This document shows positions 19,254 through 29,017 of a stretch of 64,000 nt of DNA, one piece after another. Positions within the stretch are counted from its first letter, which is position 1; each line of letters opens with the position of its first letter. The stretch is from an uncultured delta proteobacterium (GTDB lineage: Bacteria > Desulfobacterota > Desulfobulbia > Desulfobulbales > BM004), in NCBI GenBank assembly GCA_963783905.1, contig CAWAPG010000007.1:197281-261280 (forward strand), read 5' to 3'. A model generated the notes under the pieces. That model worked only from the letters and a program-made list of their open reading frames with translations, did not search any database and had not been told where the DNA came from. A program made the translations under genes and the position numbers.

Positions 19254-21140
19254 TCATTCTCTCTTATTCCTGAGGATTACGCAGGTGGCGCCTATCATCA
19301 GGGTCAACATGCCGAATAAGGCCGTCAATGCCAGCATAATGCCATAATTGACCGCCAGCCAGCTGAAGCCGACCAGGGGGGCGAGTCCCGCCCGGACCAT
19401 TGCCCGTATGGCATCATGTTCTGCAATATAGTCGGCAACCGGCGGCGAATACCTGTAATATGCCTCGACAAATGCGGTTCCCGCTTTATTGGTCAGGAGG
19501 TATGCATTCCTGAACTGCCTGAGAGTTTTAACATGCCCCTCCCAATAGGATCCGTAGGCCGCCGTGGCGATAAAGCACCCGCCGCCCCCTCCGGCACGCG
19601 TTTCCATAACGGCGAACTCCGAAAAGGATGTGACCTCGCCGCAGACGGCATTGGTGTCCGGATCAACACTCGTGGTAATATCCTGCCATATTCCATCCGC
19701 ATCCTTGTGGAACAACTTTACATTTTCTTCCGCCCGCTGCACATCAGCTTCACCATAGGTGAAGCACAGGGCAACAGGTCCGCTGATTGATCCGGTAAAG
19801 TCAATATCATAGTCAGGGCCCAGGATTTTGTATCCTGCAGGCGCGGTGGGATTGACTATCTCGTTAACGGTGACCACACCCCCTGCCGTAATCTGGGTAA
19901 AGGTAAGATCAATACCCGCCAGCGGTGTAACCTGGACATCATTGCCGGGAGGAATAAAGTTGCCGAGCTGTTCGCAGCCCGGATCATCCGCATCGGTCAA
20001 ACCGTCGCAGTCATTGTCAACATTGTCGGTGCAGGTGGGACTGTCCGCCGGTCCCTCGGTCCCTGCTGCCTGGTCCTGCACGCAGAAAGGATCAACTCCG
20101 GTGCCGTCGCAGGTCAGAGTACCGGCACTGCATACTCCAAGATTGCCGGTGTCACAGGCACCGAAGGTGGTGCCGGAACACTGAGGATCAAGACAATCGA
20201 TGAGATTGTCACCGTTATCGTCGATGTTGTTGTCGCAGATCTCCGATCCCGCGATGCAATCAGGATCGCTCGTATCGGTCAAACCGTCACAGTCGTTGTC
20301 AACACCATCGGAGCAGGTGGCGTTGCCGGCGGGCCCTTCGGTCGCTGCCGCCTGGTCCTGCACGCAGACAGCAGTGACAGCGCTGCCGTCGCAGGTCAGG
20401 GTCCCGGCGCTGCACACCCCCGGATTGCCGGTATCGCATGTACCGAAGGTGATGCCGTTGCACTGCGGATCAAGGCAGTCCGTGAATCCGTTAAGATCGT
20501 TGTCAATGCCATCGTTGCAGTTTGTTTCACCGCCGGCTGCGACCGTAAAGCTGAAGGCCACGAGTTCATTGCCGTGGCCCGAATTGGTTGCGTCGGCAAC
20601 AAACAATCCCGTAGCCGCGCCGCCGGCATCGAACCCGTTGCCATACCATCCGGCATACCAGGTGTAATCACCCGGGGTAGTTGGTGCGGTGGCGGTGAGG
20701 GGCACCGGTCCCGCGAAGGTCACAGTATTTCCCGAGGTGTAAAGACTTTCGCTGGCCAGTACATTGGCCTGGGTGCAGGTGCCGGCAACGCTGCAGTTCT
20801 GGTCCCACATCTGGACCCGAACCCAGCCGGCCCGGTAGCCGCCGGTGATGTCAACACTGATGGTGGCCCCGGGGCTGTAGCTCGTACTGTCCGGGGTTGC
20901 ACTGACGTTCATTGTGTTCTTGCCGCTGTCGGGATGGGTACCATGGGCATGGCACCCGGCACAGGTATTGTCAGGATAAGGCGCCACGGTTGATGTTGGA
21001 CCGTGACAACTGCTGCAGTTGTTATCAAACAGGGTGGGCGTCGCGCCGGCGCCCGGCGCCCAGACGGCAAAGCCCAGCCACGTGGAAATTGCAAGCATTA
21101 CCAGTGGCAAATAAAATCGTCGGTGATTTTTTGGTTCCAT
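19254..21140 (-). CDS. Secreted/anchored protein with two CxxCH haem motifs, DNDCDG-type Cys-rich repeats and a [10 protein letters not shown]-terminal anchor module
   Basis: 628 aa with an N-terminal signal/TM. Haem motifs are CSSCH (21017-21003) and CAGCH (20963-20949). Two ~94-aa Cys/Asp-rich repeats are present. The C-terminus reads [15 protein letters not shown]...[10 protein letters not shown]...[12 protein letters not shown] followed by a TM helix and a basic tail. Confidence 0.8.
   Translation of the reverse strand: MEPKNHRRFYLPLVMLAISTWLGFAVWAPGAGATPTLFDNNCSSCHGPTSTVAPYPDNTCAGCHAHGTHPDSGKNTMNVSATPDSTSYSPGATISVDITGGYRAGWVRVQMWDQNCSVAGTCTQANVLASESLYTSGNTVTFAGPVPLTATAPTTPGDYTWYAGWYGNGFDAGGAATGLFVADATNSGHGNELVAFSFTVAAGGETNCNDGIDNDLNGFTDCLDPQCNGITFGTCDTGNPGVCSAGTLTCDGSAVTAVCVQDQAAATEGPAGNATCSDGVDNDCDGLTDTSDPDCIAGSEICDNNIDDNGDNLIDCLDPQCSGTTFGACDTGNLGVCSAGTLTCDGTGVDPFCVQDQAAGTEGPADSPTCTDNVDNDCDGLTDADDPGCEQLGNFIPPGNDVQVTPLAGIDLTFTQITAGGVVTVNEIVNPTAPAGYKILGPDYDIDFTGSISGPVALCFTYGEADVQRAEENVKLFHKDADGIWQDITTSVDPDTNAVCGEVTSFSEFAVMETRAGGGGGCFIATAAYGSYWEGHVKTLRQFRNAYLLTNKAGTAFVEAYYRYSPPVADYIAEHDAIRAMVRAGLAPLVGFSWLAVNYGIMLALTALFGMLTLMIGATCVILRNKRE
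19968..20528 (-). repeat. Two tandem ~94-codon Cys/Asp-rich repeat units inside the 19254-21140 gene
   Basis: aa 205-298 and 299-391 align throughout (C.D.ID.D...[28 protein letters not shown]...[28 protein letters not shown]). Confidence 0.8.
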
Positions 21141-21582
21141 ATGCTTCTCCTTTTGAGCAAAGTTGATATTTTACCAAAAACAACTTCATAACCTGCCCGG
21201 TTACTGCTCTTGATAATAGACGAAAAACATGGTTCAGCAGGGTGACGAAACCCATCACATCCCCATGGAACAGCATCAAATCCACCGGCTGTTTTGGTTG
21301 GAGCAACGGCAGCTTGTGGGTAAAAGAGCCCGCATGATTTACAATAGTAAATGCTATCCATTCAAAATATATGCCAGAGATATGTCCCGATAACAGGAAG
21401 GATGCAGCAATTCGGGGTAACTGATAAAAATAAAAAAACAAATACCGGCAAAAATAAACCTGAGGATTGTGGAATTTGGTCCGAATTTTACGGCTGGATA
21501 AAAAATAAAACCACGCAACAAAAATCGTACTGCCCTGTAGGACACGTTCTCTAGCCCCTGCGAAGGAAGAGCAAAGCGTATT

Positions 21583-22524
21583 TCACCTGAAATCAGGGGC
21601 TTTGCTGCTCAGGGAATACCCGGTTGCCGCCAGTTTCTTCATCGGCGCGGCCGGCGGCGTCTCGGCATCGAATGCCATCATAACACTCAATGCGATCATA
21701 CTCAGGATGGAAAAGACAAAAAGTCTTCTGGCCCAGAGCCTGTCCCCGGATTTCCCGCCGCCGAACCAGGCTAAGAACAGCCAGGTAAGACCGAACCCGG
21801 CCACCGCCACCAGGTAGAGGTAGCCGGTGTAGCCGGCTAAAGTCAGCATCAGCCCAGCAGTCGTAAAGGCCGTGATATACCAGATGATCTGCTTGCGGGT
21901 TGCGGCAATTCCCCGGATAACCGGCAGAACAGGGATGGCCGCGGCCCGGTAGTCATCGAATCGGGAAACAGCGATGGCATAGGAATGGGGTATCTGCCAC
22001 AGGCAGAATATTGCCAACAACAGCAGCGCCCCCAGGTCAAAGCGATTGCCGGCGGCGCAATAGCCCGCCAGGGCCGGAGTGGCCCCGGCCAGGCTGCCGA
22101 TTAGGGTGGCGTGCAACGAATAACGTTTCAGATACAGGCTGTACAGTCCCACATATATTGCAAACCCGGTCAACACGATGGCAAGGCACAGCCGGGGCGC
22201 ATTCGTCCAGAGGAGAAAAAGTCCCGCCAGTCCCAGCAGCCCCCCATAGCAGACCGCGACCCTCGATGACATGAGCCCGCGGACCAGCACCCGGTCGCGC
22301 GTCCTTGCCATTTTACGGTCCAGATCCCGATCCAGCCAGTTGTTGAAAACGCAGCCGGAAGCAACAACCAGGGATATGCCCGTGACAACAGGCAGGAGGA
22401 CAGCGATATCGGCGTGACCTCCGGCGGCAAGAAGAAAGCCCCCGGTTGCTGCAATCATGTTGCCGCAGACAATGCCCGGCTTGGTGACCTGCACATACTT
22501 TTTAATCGTTGCCAGCATGTTCAT
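21583..22524 (-). CDS. cyoE: Protohaem IX farnesyltransferase (haem O synthase)
   Basis: UbiA-type membrane protein with N-terminus YVQVTKPGIVCGN. A 4-nt overlap (ATGA) with cyoD makes it the last gene of the cyo operon. Confidence 0.9.
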   Translation of the reverse strand: MNMLATIKKYVQVTKPGIVCGNMIAATGGFLLAAGGHADIAVLLPVVTGISLVVASGCVFNNWLDRDLDRKMARTRDRVLVRGLMSSRVAVCYGGLLGLAGLFLLWTNAPRLCLAIVLTGFAIYVGLYSLYLKRYSLHATLIGSLAGATPALAGYCAAGNRFDLGALLLLAIFCLWQIPHSYAIAVSRFDDYRAAAIPVLPVIRGIAATRKQIIWYITAFTTAGLMLTLAGYTGYLYLVAVAGFGLTWLFLAWFGGGKSGDRLWARRLFVFSILSMIALSVMMAFDAETPPAAPMKKLAATGYSLSSKAPDFR

Positions 22525-22847
22525 ACCAAACGGTGGTTCAGGTGGTACATGATCCAGAGCGTACCGCCGATAAAAAGGACCATGATCAGCAGGGTCAGGA
22601 GCAGGGCCAGAATGTTCCAGCGTGCCGACGACGAGGTATTCAGATGCAGGAAGTAATGCAGGTGCACCAGAATCTGGGCGATGCCAGCGCCGATGATGCC
22701 GGTCAATACCAACCCCTGCGGCTGCAATGCACCGACCACCATGCCGAAGGCGGCGGTCGTCAGAATTATCGACACAATAAAGCCGGTGACATACGACCGC
22801 AGGCTGCCGAAGCTTGCTCCAATACCGTCAATTCCAGTCTGCTTCAT
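22521..22847 (-). CDS. cyoD: Cytochrome o ubiquinol oxidase subunit IV
   Basis: 108 aa with 3 TM helices and the SLRSYVTGFIVSIILT motif. The position between cyoC and cyoE fits. Confidence 0.85.
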   Translation of the reverse strand: MKQTGIDGIGASFGSLRSYVTGFIVSIILTTAAFGMVVGALQPQGLVLTGIIGAGIAQILVHLHYFLHLNTSSSARWNILALLLTLLIMVLFIGGTLWIMYHLNHRLV

Positions 22848-23462
22848 TTACATGCTCCCCATGAGATAGACGATGGTAAATACCCCGACCCAGACGATAT
22901 CCAGAAAGTGCCAGAACATACTCAAGCGCATAAGCCGGGACCGGACCTGTGTCGTCAATCCCTTGAAAAAAACCTGGCTTGCCATGACCGCCATCCACAG
23001 CAGGCCGATGAGCACATGGGCCCCATGGGTTCCCACCAGGGTGAAAAAGGCGGAGAGAAAACCGCTGCGATCCGGACCGTTGCCATCGAGAACCATCCGG
23101 TGGAACTCATTGTACTCCATGCCGATGAAGCCAAACCCCAGCAGAAAGGTGACGCCAAGCCATCCCAGAACCCGGTTTATCCTTCCCCGGTGCACGTCCA
23201 GCATTGCCAGACCGCAGGTAGCGCTGCTGGTCAGCAGGAACATGGTTTCGCCGAAGGTATAGGAAAGGTCAAAGAGGTCTCCTGCCGCGGGACCGCCTGC
23301 GTGGTTACGGGCCAGGACTCCATAGGTCGCAAATAGGGCGCCGAAGAGCACCAGGTCGGTCATGAGGTATATCCAGAAGCCGAACACCCGGTTCGCAACC
23401 GCATCGGTGTGTTCCGGTCCCTCACCGGTAGCGGCATCTATCACGGCTGTATCTGTTGCCAT
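22848..23462 (-). CDS. cyoC: Cytochrome o ubiquinol oxidase subunit III
   Basis: 204 aa with a subunit III pattern (FWIYLMTD..., HG.HV..G). Confidence 0.9.
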   Translation of the reverse strand: MATDTAVIDAATGEGPEHTDAVANRVFGFWIYLMTDLVLFGALFATYGVLARNHAGGPAAGDLFDLSYTFGETMFLLTSSATCGLAMLDVHRGRINRVLGWLGVTFLLGFGFIGMEYNEFHRMVLDGNGPDRSGFLSAFFTLVGTHGAHVLIGLLWMAVMASQVFFKGLTTQVRSRLMRLSMFWHFLDIVWVGVFTIVYLMGSM

Positions 23463-23477
23463 AGGGCAACCCTCCGA

Positions 23478-25460
23478 TCAGATTTCTACAGCAGCCGCCG
23501 CCAAGCGATAGCGCTGCTGCTCGATTTTTTTTATTTCATCACCGCTCATGGTATATTCCGTCTCGTCCTCGGCGGCGCGGGAAATAAGCATGAACAGAAT
23601 CCCTAGTCCGCCGATGACCGCCAGCCACCAGATATACCAGACCATGGCAAACCCGAACAAAAAGGACAGCATGCCGATGATCACCCCTTTGCCCGTATTT
23701 TTCGGCAACCGGATATCATGGTATTGGTCCGGCGGCTGATGGGCGATGCCATTTTCCTTCATGTCGGCGAATGCGTCAATCTCATGCACCACGGGTATTG
23801 CAGCAAAGTTGTATGGAGCGGGCGGCGATGTCGTGGACCACTCCAGTGTCCGGCCGTTCCATGGATCGCCGGTCAAATCCCGGGATGCATGGCGGTTCCT
23901 GATGCTCACGGCCAACTGGATAATCTGGCAGATGATGCCGGCAAGGATCACTCCGGTGCCAATTGCAGCGACAATCAAATAGGGCTGCCAGGCAGGGTTC
24001 GCGTAATGTTCCATCCGGCGGGGCATGCCCATGAATCCCAGGACATAGAGCGGCATAAAGGCCAGGTAGAAACCGATGAGCCAGCACCAGAAGGCGCGCC
24101 GCCCCCACTTTTCATCCAGGGTAAATCCCATGGCCTTCGGGAACCAGTAGGCATAGCCGGCGAATAAACCGAAAAGTGAGCCGGTGATCAGCACGTTGTG
24201 GAAGTGAGCGACCAGGAAAAGACTGCCATGAACCACATAGTCGGCGGTAGGCACGGACATCAGAACCCCGGTCATACCGCCGATGACAAAGGAGGTGAAA
24301 AATCCCAGGGTCCAGTACATCGGGGTCGTGAACCTGATGCGGCCGCGGTACATGGTGAAAAGCCAGTTGTAGATCTTCACGCCGGTGGGGATGGCAATCA
24401 TCATGGTCGCAATGCTGAAAAAGATATTAACGTCGGGACCGGCTCCCATGGTAAAAAAATGATGCAACCAGACGGCAAAGGACAGGACCATGATTGCCCC
24501 GGTGGCATAGACCAGGGACCGATAGCCGAAAAGCCTCTTGGAAGAAAAGGTAGCCACGACCTCGGAGAAAACCCCGAAGGCAGGCAAAATAAGGATATAG
24601 ACCTCGGGATGACCCCAGATCCAGAAAAGGTTGATATACATCATTGGATTGCCGCCGTAGCCGGCGGTGAAAAAATGCATGCCGAAATATCGGTCCAGCG
24701 TTATCAAGGCAAGGGCGACGGTCAGCACCGGAAATGCTAAGATCATCAGCACATTGGTGAACAGTGTGGTCCATACGAACAGGGGCATTCTCATGAGCGT
24801 CATGCCGGGGGCCCTCATGCGCAGAATGGTAACCAGAAAGTTGATGCCGGTCATCAGCGATGCGGCCCCGGCGATCTGGAAGGCCCAAACCCAGTAGTCA
24901 ACGCCTGTTCCCGGACTGAATTCCTTTTCCGCCAGGGGTACGTATCCCGACCATCCGGCCTTGGAAAACTCCCCCAGCCCCAGCGATGTCATGACCAGCA
25001 GGGAAGCGGCCACGGTGAGCCAGAGGCTGACGCTGTTGAGAAAGGGAAAGGCCAGGTCACGGGCCCCGATCTGCTGCGGGACGACTATATTCATCAGGCC
25101 GACCAGAAACGGCATGGCCATGAAAAGGATCATGATGGTTCCGTGGGCGCTGAATATCTGGTTGAAGTGCTCGGGGGGCAGATATCCCTGAGCGCCGCCT
25201 CCGGCCAGGGCCTGCTGCGACCGCATGAGGATGGCATCCGAAAAGCCGCGCAGAAGCATGACCAGTGCCAGGACAATATACATGACGCCGATCTTTTTAT
25301 GGTCGAGGCTGGTCAGCCACTCGGTCCACAGGTAAGTCCACTTCCGGTGGTAGGTGATGAGCCCGATGATCACCAAGCCAAGCAGAAGCGCTCCACTCAC
25401 GGCTCCCATGATAATCGGTTTGTCGAACGGTATGGCTGCAAGGCTTAACTTACCAAACAT
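23478..25460 (-). CDS. cyoB: Cytochrome o ubiquinol oxidase subunit I (A-family haem-copper oxidase)
   Basis: 660 aa with WFFGHPEVY-like [14 protein letters not shown] and HHFFTMG motifs, plus the CyoB-type N-terminus FGKLSL..IPFD.PI. Confidence 0.95.
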   Translation of the reverse strand: MFGKLSLAAIPFDKPIIMGAVSGALLLGLVIIGLITYHRKWTYLWTEWLTSLDHKKIGVMYIVLALVMLLRGFSDAILMRSQQALAGGGAQGYLPPEHFNQIFSAHGTIMILFMAMPFLVGLMNIVVPQQIGARDLAFPFLNSVSLWLTVAASLLVMTSLGLGEFSKAGWSGYVPLAEKEFSPGTGVDYWVWAFQIAGAASLMTGINFLVTILRMRAPGMTLMRMPLFVWTTLFTNVLMILAFPVLTVALALITLDRYFGMHFFTAGYGGNPMMYINLFWIWGHPEVYILILPAFGVFSEVVATFSSKRLFGYRSLVYATGAIMVLSFAVWLHHFFTMGAGPDVNIFFSIATMMIAIPTGVKIYNWLFTMYRGRIRFTTPMYWTLGFFTSFVIGGMTGVLMSVPTADYVVHGSLFLVAHFHNVLITGSLFGLFAGYAYWFPKAMGFTLDEKWGRRAFWCWLIGFYLAFMPLYVLGFMGMPRRMEHYANPAWQPYLIVAAIGTGVILAGIICQIIQLAVSIRNRHASRDLTGDPWNGRTLEWSTTSPPAPYNFAAIPVVHEIDAFADMKENGIAHQPPDQYHDIRLPKNTGKGVIIGMLSFLFGFAMVWYIWWLAVIGGLGILFMLISRAAEDETEYTMSGDEIKKIEQQRYRLAAAAVEI

Positions 25461-25461
25461 A

Positions 25462-26343
25462 TCAACGTTCCTCCGAAACGCTTGCCTGTTTCTCCAGGTA
25501 CTGCCGGTGCCCGTTTATGATGTAATCGAAAAGTCCGGATTCGACCCGGGAGTAGTACTGCACCGGGAGATCAACACTCGGCCTGGCGAGCGTTTCGAAC
25601 CGGGCCCTGTCGAGTCGCTCCGGCGATTGCCTTGTTTTTTTTACCCAGTCCTTAAACTCCTCCGCCGGAACGGCGATTGCCTTGAAATGCATACCGGCAT
25701 AGCCGCGGCCGCTAAACTGCTGGTTATGGCCTTCATAGATGCCCGGTTCATCGGCCAGGAGATACAGACGCGCCTCCCTGCCCGGCATGGCGTAAAGCTG
25801 GCTGCCCAGCTGAGGAATGAAAAATGAAGCCAATACCGTTTCCGAAGTTATCCTGAAGAGCAGCGGCTTGTTGACGGGAAAAACAATCTGGTTGACCGTG
25901 GCGATATGATAATCCGGATAGATAAACAGCCATTTCCAGTCCAGAGCTACGGCTTCGATGCTGACTGGCGCGACCTCCGGATTGATAGGCTTGTACGGGT
26001 CGAGATCGTGGGTGGTGGTCCAGGCCAGAATCCCGAGTCCGGCCACAATGGCAACAGGAACCAGCCAGACGACCAGATCGATCTTGGCCGAATAGCTCCA
26101 TTTCGGGGTATAGGGTGCTTTGGTATTGGAGGCTTTGTATTTCCAGGCAAACCAGAAGGCCATGGCAATGGCGGGAATGACAACGATCAGCATGAGCACG
26201 AAGGCGGTGATGATGACGAACCTTTCACTATGAGCGACGGGTCCTTTCGGGATAAGCAGGACCATGTGGCTACAGCCGCCGAGCAGGACGGTGAGGCAAA
26301 CGGCCGGCAGCCCGAAAGACATATAAAGACTTTTTCGCTTCAT
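25462..26343 (-). CDS. cyoA: Ubiquinol oxidase subunit II
   Basis: Lipobox LGGC, two TM helices and a cupredoxin-fold C-terminus without CuA ligands ([16 protein letters not shown]), as in quinol oxidases. Confidence 0.9.
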   Translation of the reverse strand: MKRKSLYMSFGLPAVCLTVLLGGCSHMVLLIPKGPVAHSERFVIITAFVLMLIVVIPAIAMAFWFAWKYKASNTKAPYTPKWSYSAKIDLVVWLVPVAIVAGLGILAWTTTHDLDPYKPINPEVAPVSIEAVALDWKWLFIYPDYHIATVNQIVFPVNKPLLFRITSETVLASFFIPQLGSQLYAMPGREARLYLLADEPGIYEGHNQQFSGRGYAGMHFKAIAVPAEEFKDWVKKTRQSPERLDRARFETLARPSVDLPVQYYSRVESGLFDYIINGHRQYLEKQASVSEER

Positions 26344-26450
26344 TCATGCACCCTTTCGTTCCGGAATCTTTTCACCGGATTTCCGGACATCCGCGGGCAT
26401 TCACCGACAGCAGCCTACTGGGAGGCTGCGTTTGCCGAACATTGCCGCTC

Positions 26451-27398
26451 TCACTCGCCGGCATAGATTTTCATGACCGTATGGAGAAAATTGACCGCCT
26501 CTACCTTTGGCCGCTGGAAAGAATTCCGGCCGATGATGGAGCCGAAACCTCCGCCCCGGTGGATGGACCGAATATCTTCATAGAATGATTCCTTGCCGGT
26601 TTTGGAGCCCCCGGAAAAAATTACCAGCCGCTTGCCGTTAAAAGCACTCTGCACCACGTGCCTCACCCGGTCAGCCACCGTGCCCACAGCAATATTCTGC
26701 GCCTTATATACCTTTTTCGCCGCCTCCTGTTCTATACGCTCGGTGGGCAGTTTCACCTTGATGATGTGGGCCCCCAACTGTGCCGCAATATGCGCCGCAT
26801 AGGCAACCACATCGATCGCCGTCTCACCCTCACTGGAAAGACCGGACCCCCTGGGATAGGACCAGATCACCACCGCCAGCCCGTACTCTTTTGCCTGCTC
26901 CGCGATGGCACGGATTTCCTGGTACATGGTCTTAAAGTGAGCTGATCCGGGATAAATGGTAAACCCCACGGCGACGCAGCCGAGCCGCAGGGCGTCCTGC
27001 ACCGATCCGGTTACCGACGGCACGGGGTCGGATGAATCCGGTCCAAGTGCGTCATGGTTGTTGAGTTTCAGGATCAGGGGAATCTCGCCCGCATAATCGG
27101 AAGCGGCCGCCTCTATCGCTCCCAGTGGGGCCGCGTGGGCATTGCAACCTGCTTCCAGGGCGAGCTCAAAATGGTAGGCCGGATCGTAGCCGCGGTCATT
27201 TTCCGCAAAACTCCGGGCCGGTCCATGTTCGAATCCCTGATCCACGGGCAGAATGACCATCCGGCCGGTGCCGCTGAGCGTGCCATGGTTCAAAATTTTC
27301 GCCAGGTTGTTTCGTATGCCCGGGTTTTCACCGGCGTAATATGAAAGTATCGTATTCACGTTCTTGGTTAACATCCGATTTCTCCATGCATTTTTCAC
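26451..27398 (-). CDS. fbaB: Class I fructose-bisphosphate aldolase (FbaB/DhnA family)
   Basis: GTGRMVILPVDQGFEHGP...ALEAGCNA...PLILKLN parallels E. coli FbaB. Confidence 0.85.
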   Translation of the reverse strand: MKNAWRNRMLTKNVNTILSYYAGENPGIRNNLAKILNHGTLSGTGRMVILPVDQGFEHGPARSFAENDRGYDPAYHFELALEAGCNAHAAPLGAIEAAASDYAGEIPLILKLNNHDALGPDSSDPVPSVTGSVQDALRLGCVAVGFTIYPGSAHFKTMYQEIRAIAEQAKEYGLAVVIWSYPRGSGLSSEGETAIDVVAYAAHIAAQLGAHIIKVKLPTERIEQEAAKKVYKAQNIAVGTVADRVRHVVQSAFNGKRLVIFSGGSKTGKESFYEDIRSIHRGGGFGSIIGRNSFQRPKVEAVNFLHTVMKIYAGE

Positions 27399-28408
27399 GA
27401 TTTTGCAAACTTTTTGTGGATCTCCTCATACCTGCTGATTTCAGCCGGGCTCCCTATGGCAAAAGGAATCCGCTGATGGATGCTGCCGGGACGGATGTCC
27501 ATAACCCGCCCGGACCCGGTGCTGGCGCCGCCGCCCGCCTGTTCGGCGATCAATGCCAGCGGGGCACATTCATAGAGCAGGCGCAACTTGCCGTTGGCCC
27601 GGTTTTTGTCCGGCGGATAAAAATAAATACCGCCGTAATGGAGAATCTGATGTAGATCAGCGACAAGCGCCCCCGAATAGCGCAGCGAGTAACGGGATTC
27701 CCCATCTTTAATGAGAGAATCGGAAAACGATTGCGCCGCAGCATGCCATTTCCCGTAGTTTCCATAGTTGGCACTGATGATTTTACCCTGTTCGGGCATG
27801 CGGATGGATTCGTGGTCCAGGACAAACTCCCCGATCTCCTCGTCCAGCACAAAGCTGTGAACCCCATCCCCGGCGCTGTAGACAAGCAGCACGGATGGCC
27901 CGTACAGAATATAGCCGGCGGCGATCTGGGCCGTTCCTTTCCGCAGAATCGATTCCTCAACAGTGCCCTTGAGGCTGCGTACGGAGAAAATTGAGCCGAT
28001 GACGCAATCCACATCAAGGTTGGTTGAACCATCGATGGGATCCACCAGGACCACATACTTCTCCCGCTGTTCATCGGCAGAGAGGCATATGGGTTCTTCC
28101 CGTTCCTCGGAAACCAGGGCGCCGACAATATTTACATAGGAGAAGGCATCGACGAACGCTTCATTGCCGAGTTCATCCAGTTTCTTGACATCCTCTCCCT
28201 GGACATTGACATCCCCTGTATAGCCGAGCAGATTTTCCTGGGCCGCCCGTCGCACGTAGCTGGAAATGATCTTGGCCACAACTCCCAGCTGCACCATAAC
28301 CCTGGTCAGTTCGCCGCTGGCATCGGGATGAATCTTCTGCTGACGCTGGATGACGAAATGATCGAGGGTGACGCGTTTTTTTTCCTTCTTTTCCTGTTTT
28401 TCCAACAC
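27395..28408 (-). CDS. fbp: Fructose-1,6-bisphosphatase class 1
   Basis: 337 aa with LVSEEREEP, VLVDPIDGSTNLD and the YECAPLA-type C-terminal region. Confidence 0.9.
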   Translation of the reverse strand: MLEKQEKKEKKRVTLDHFVIQRQQKIHPDASGELTRVMVQLGVVAKIISSYVRRAAQENLLGYTGDVNVQGEDVKKLDELGNEAFVDAFSYVNIVGALVSEEREEPICLSADEQREKYVVLVDPIDGSTNLDVDCVIGSIFSVRSLKGTVEESILRKGTAQIAAGYILYGPSVLLVYSAGDGVHSFVLDEEIGEFVLDHESIRMPEQGKIISANYGNYGKWHAAAQSFSDSLIKDGESRYSLRYSGALVADLHQILHYGGIYFYPPDKNRANGKLRLLYECAPLALIAEQAGGGASTGSGRVMDIRPGSIHQRIPFAIGSPAEISRYEEIHKKFAKS

Positions 28409-28888
28409 CTGACCCGTGCCTCCATTGTAAAAATACGGCCCCGCTCACTGCGGCAAGGGCTGTACATGGACATCCTGCATTTTTTACAGATGCTGCAATT
28501 AAAATGCCAGGGGGAGGCAAACACATAATAAAAATTGTAAAATCATACACTTATAAAAAAACATTGGCTATTTATCATGCCGCCCTCGCAATTCATTCCG
28601 GACGTAGTTGACAATTGGCCGAGACATCTCCAGCGGATTCCGGTAAAATGGGACCAGTCACAACTAACCCCTGAAACCGGGAAAGGATAATGAACTGTAT
28701 CTTGCCGGGCAGGAATATATCCTGCCGGACAGGACTTAAACCGATAGATTCGACGGTACAGGACAGTAGCGGGAAAAATTTCGGAAGATGCGCCGGCCCC
28801 CGCAGGCTTCGTCCGGGTGATATTTTCCCCCATTCCACCGAGGGTTGGGAACCATCCGGAAAATCTAAAAAACCCGATCCCGAACAAC

Positions 28889-28904
28889 TGGCATAATTCT
28901 TGTA
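28889..28904 (+). promoter_or_regulatory. Weak sigma54-like -24/-12 candidate upstream of the fdh accessory genes
   Basis: TGGCATAATTCTTGTA compared with consensus TGGCAC-N5-TTGCW. The GG and TTG spacing is correct but the -12 GC reads GT. Confidence 0.25.
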
Positions 28905-29017
28905 ATAATTTATATACCCGCAAGACCCGGCCTGGACGGCTGCCAACCAGGAACCGTTGCCTGGCCCAGGATACAAATGGAAAATATCCGGCGTCTGAAC
29001 CATTCACAGGATTTACC

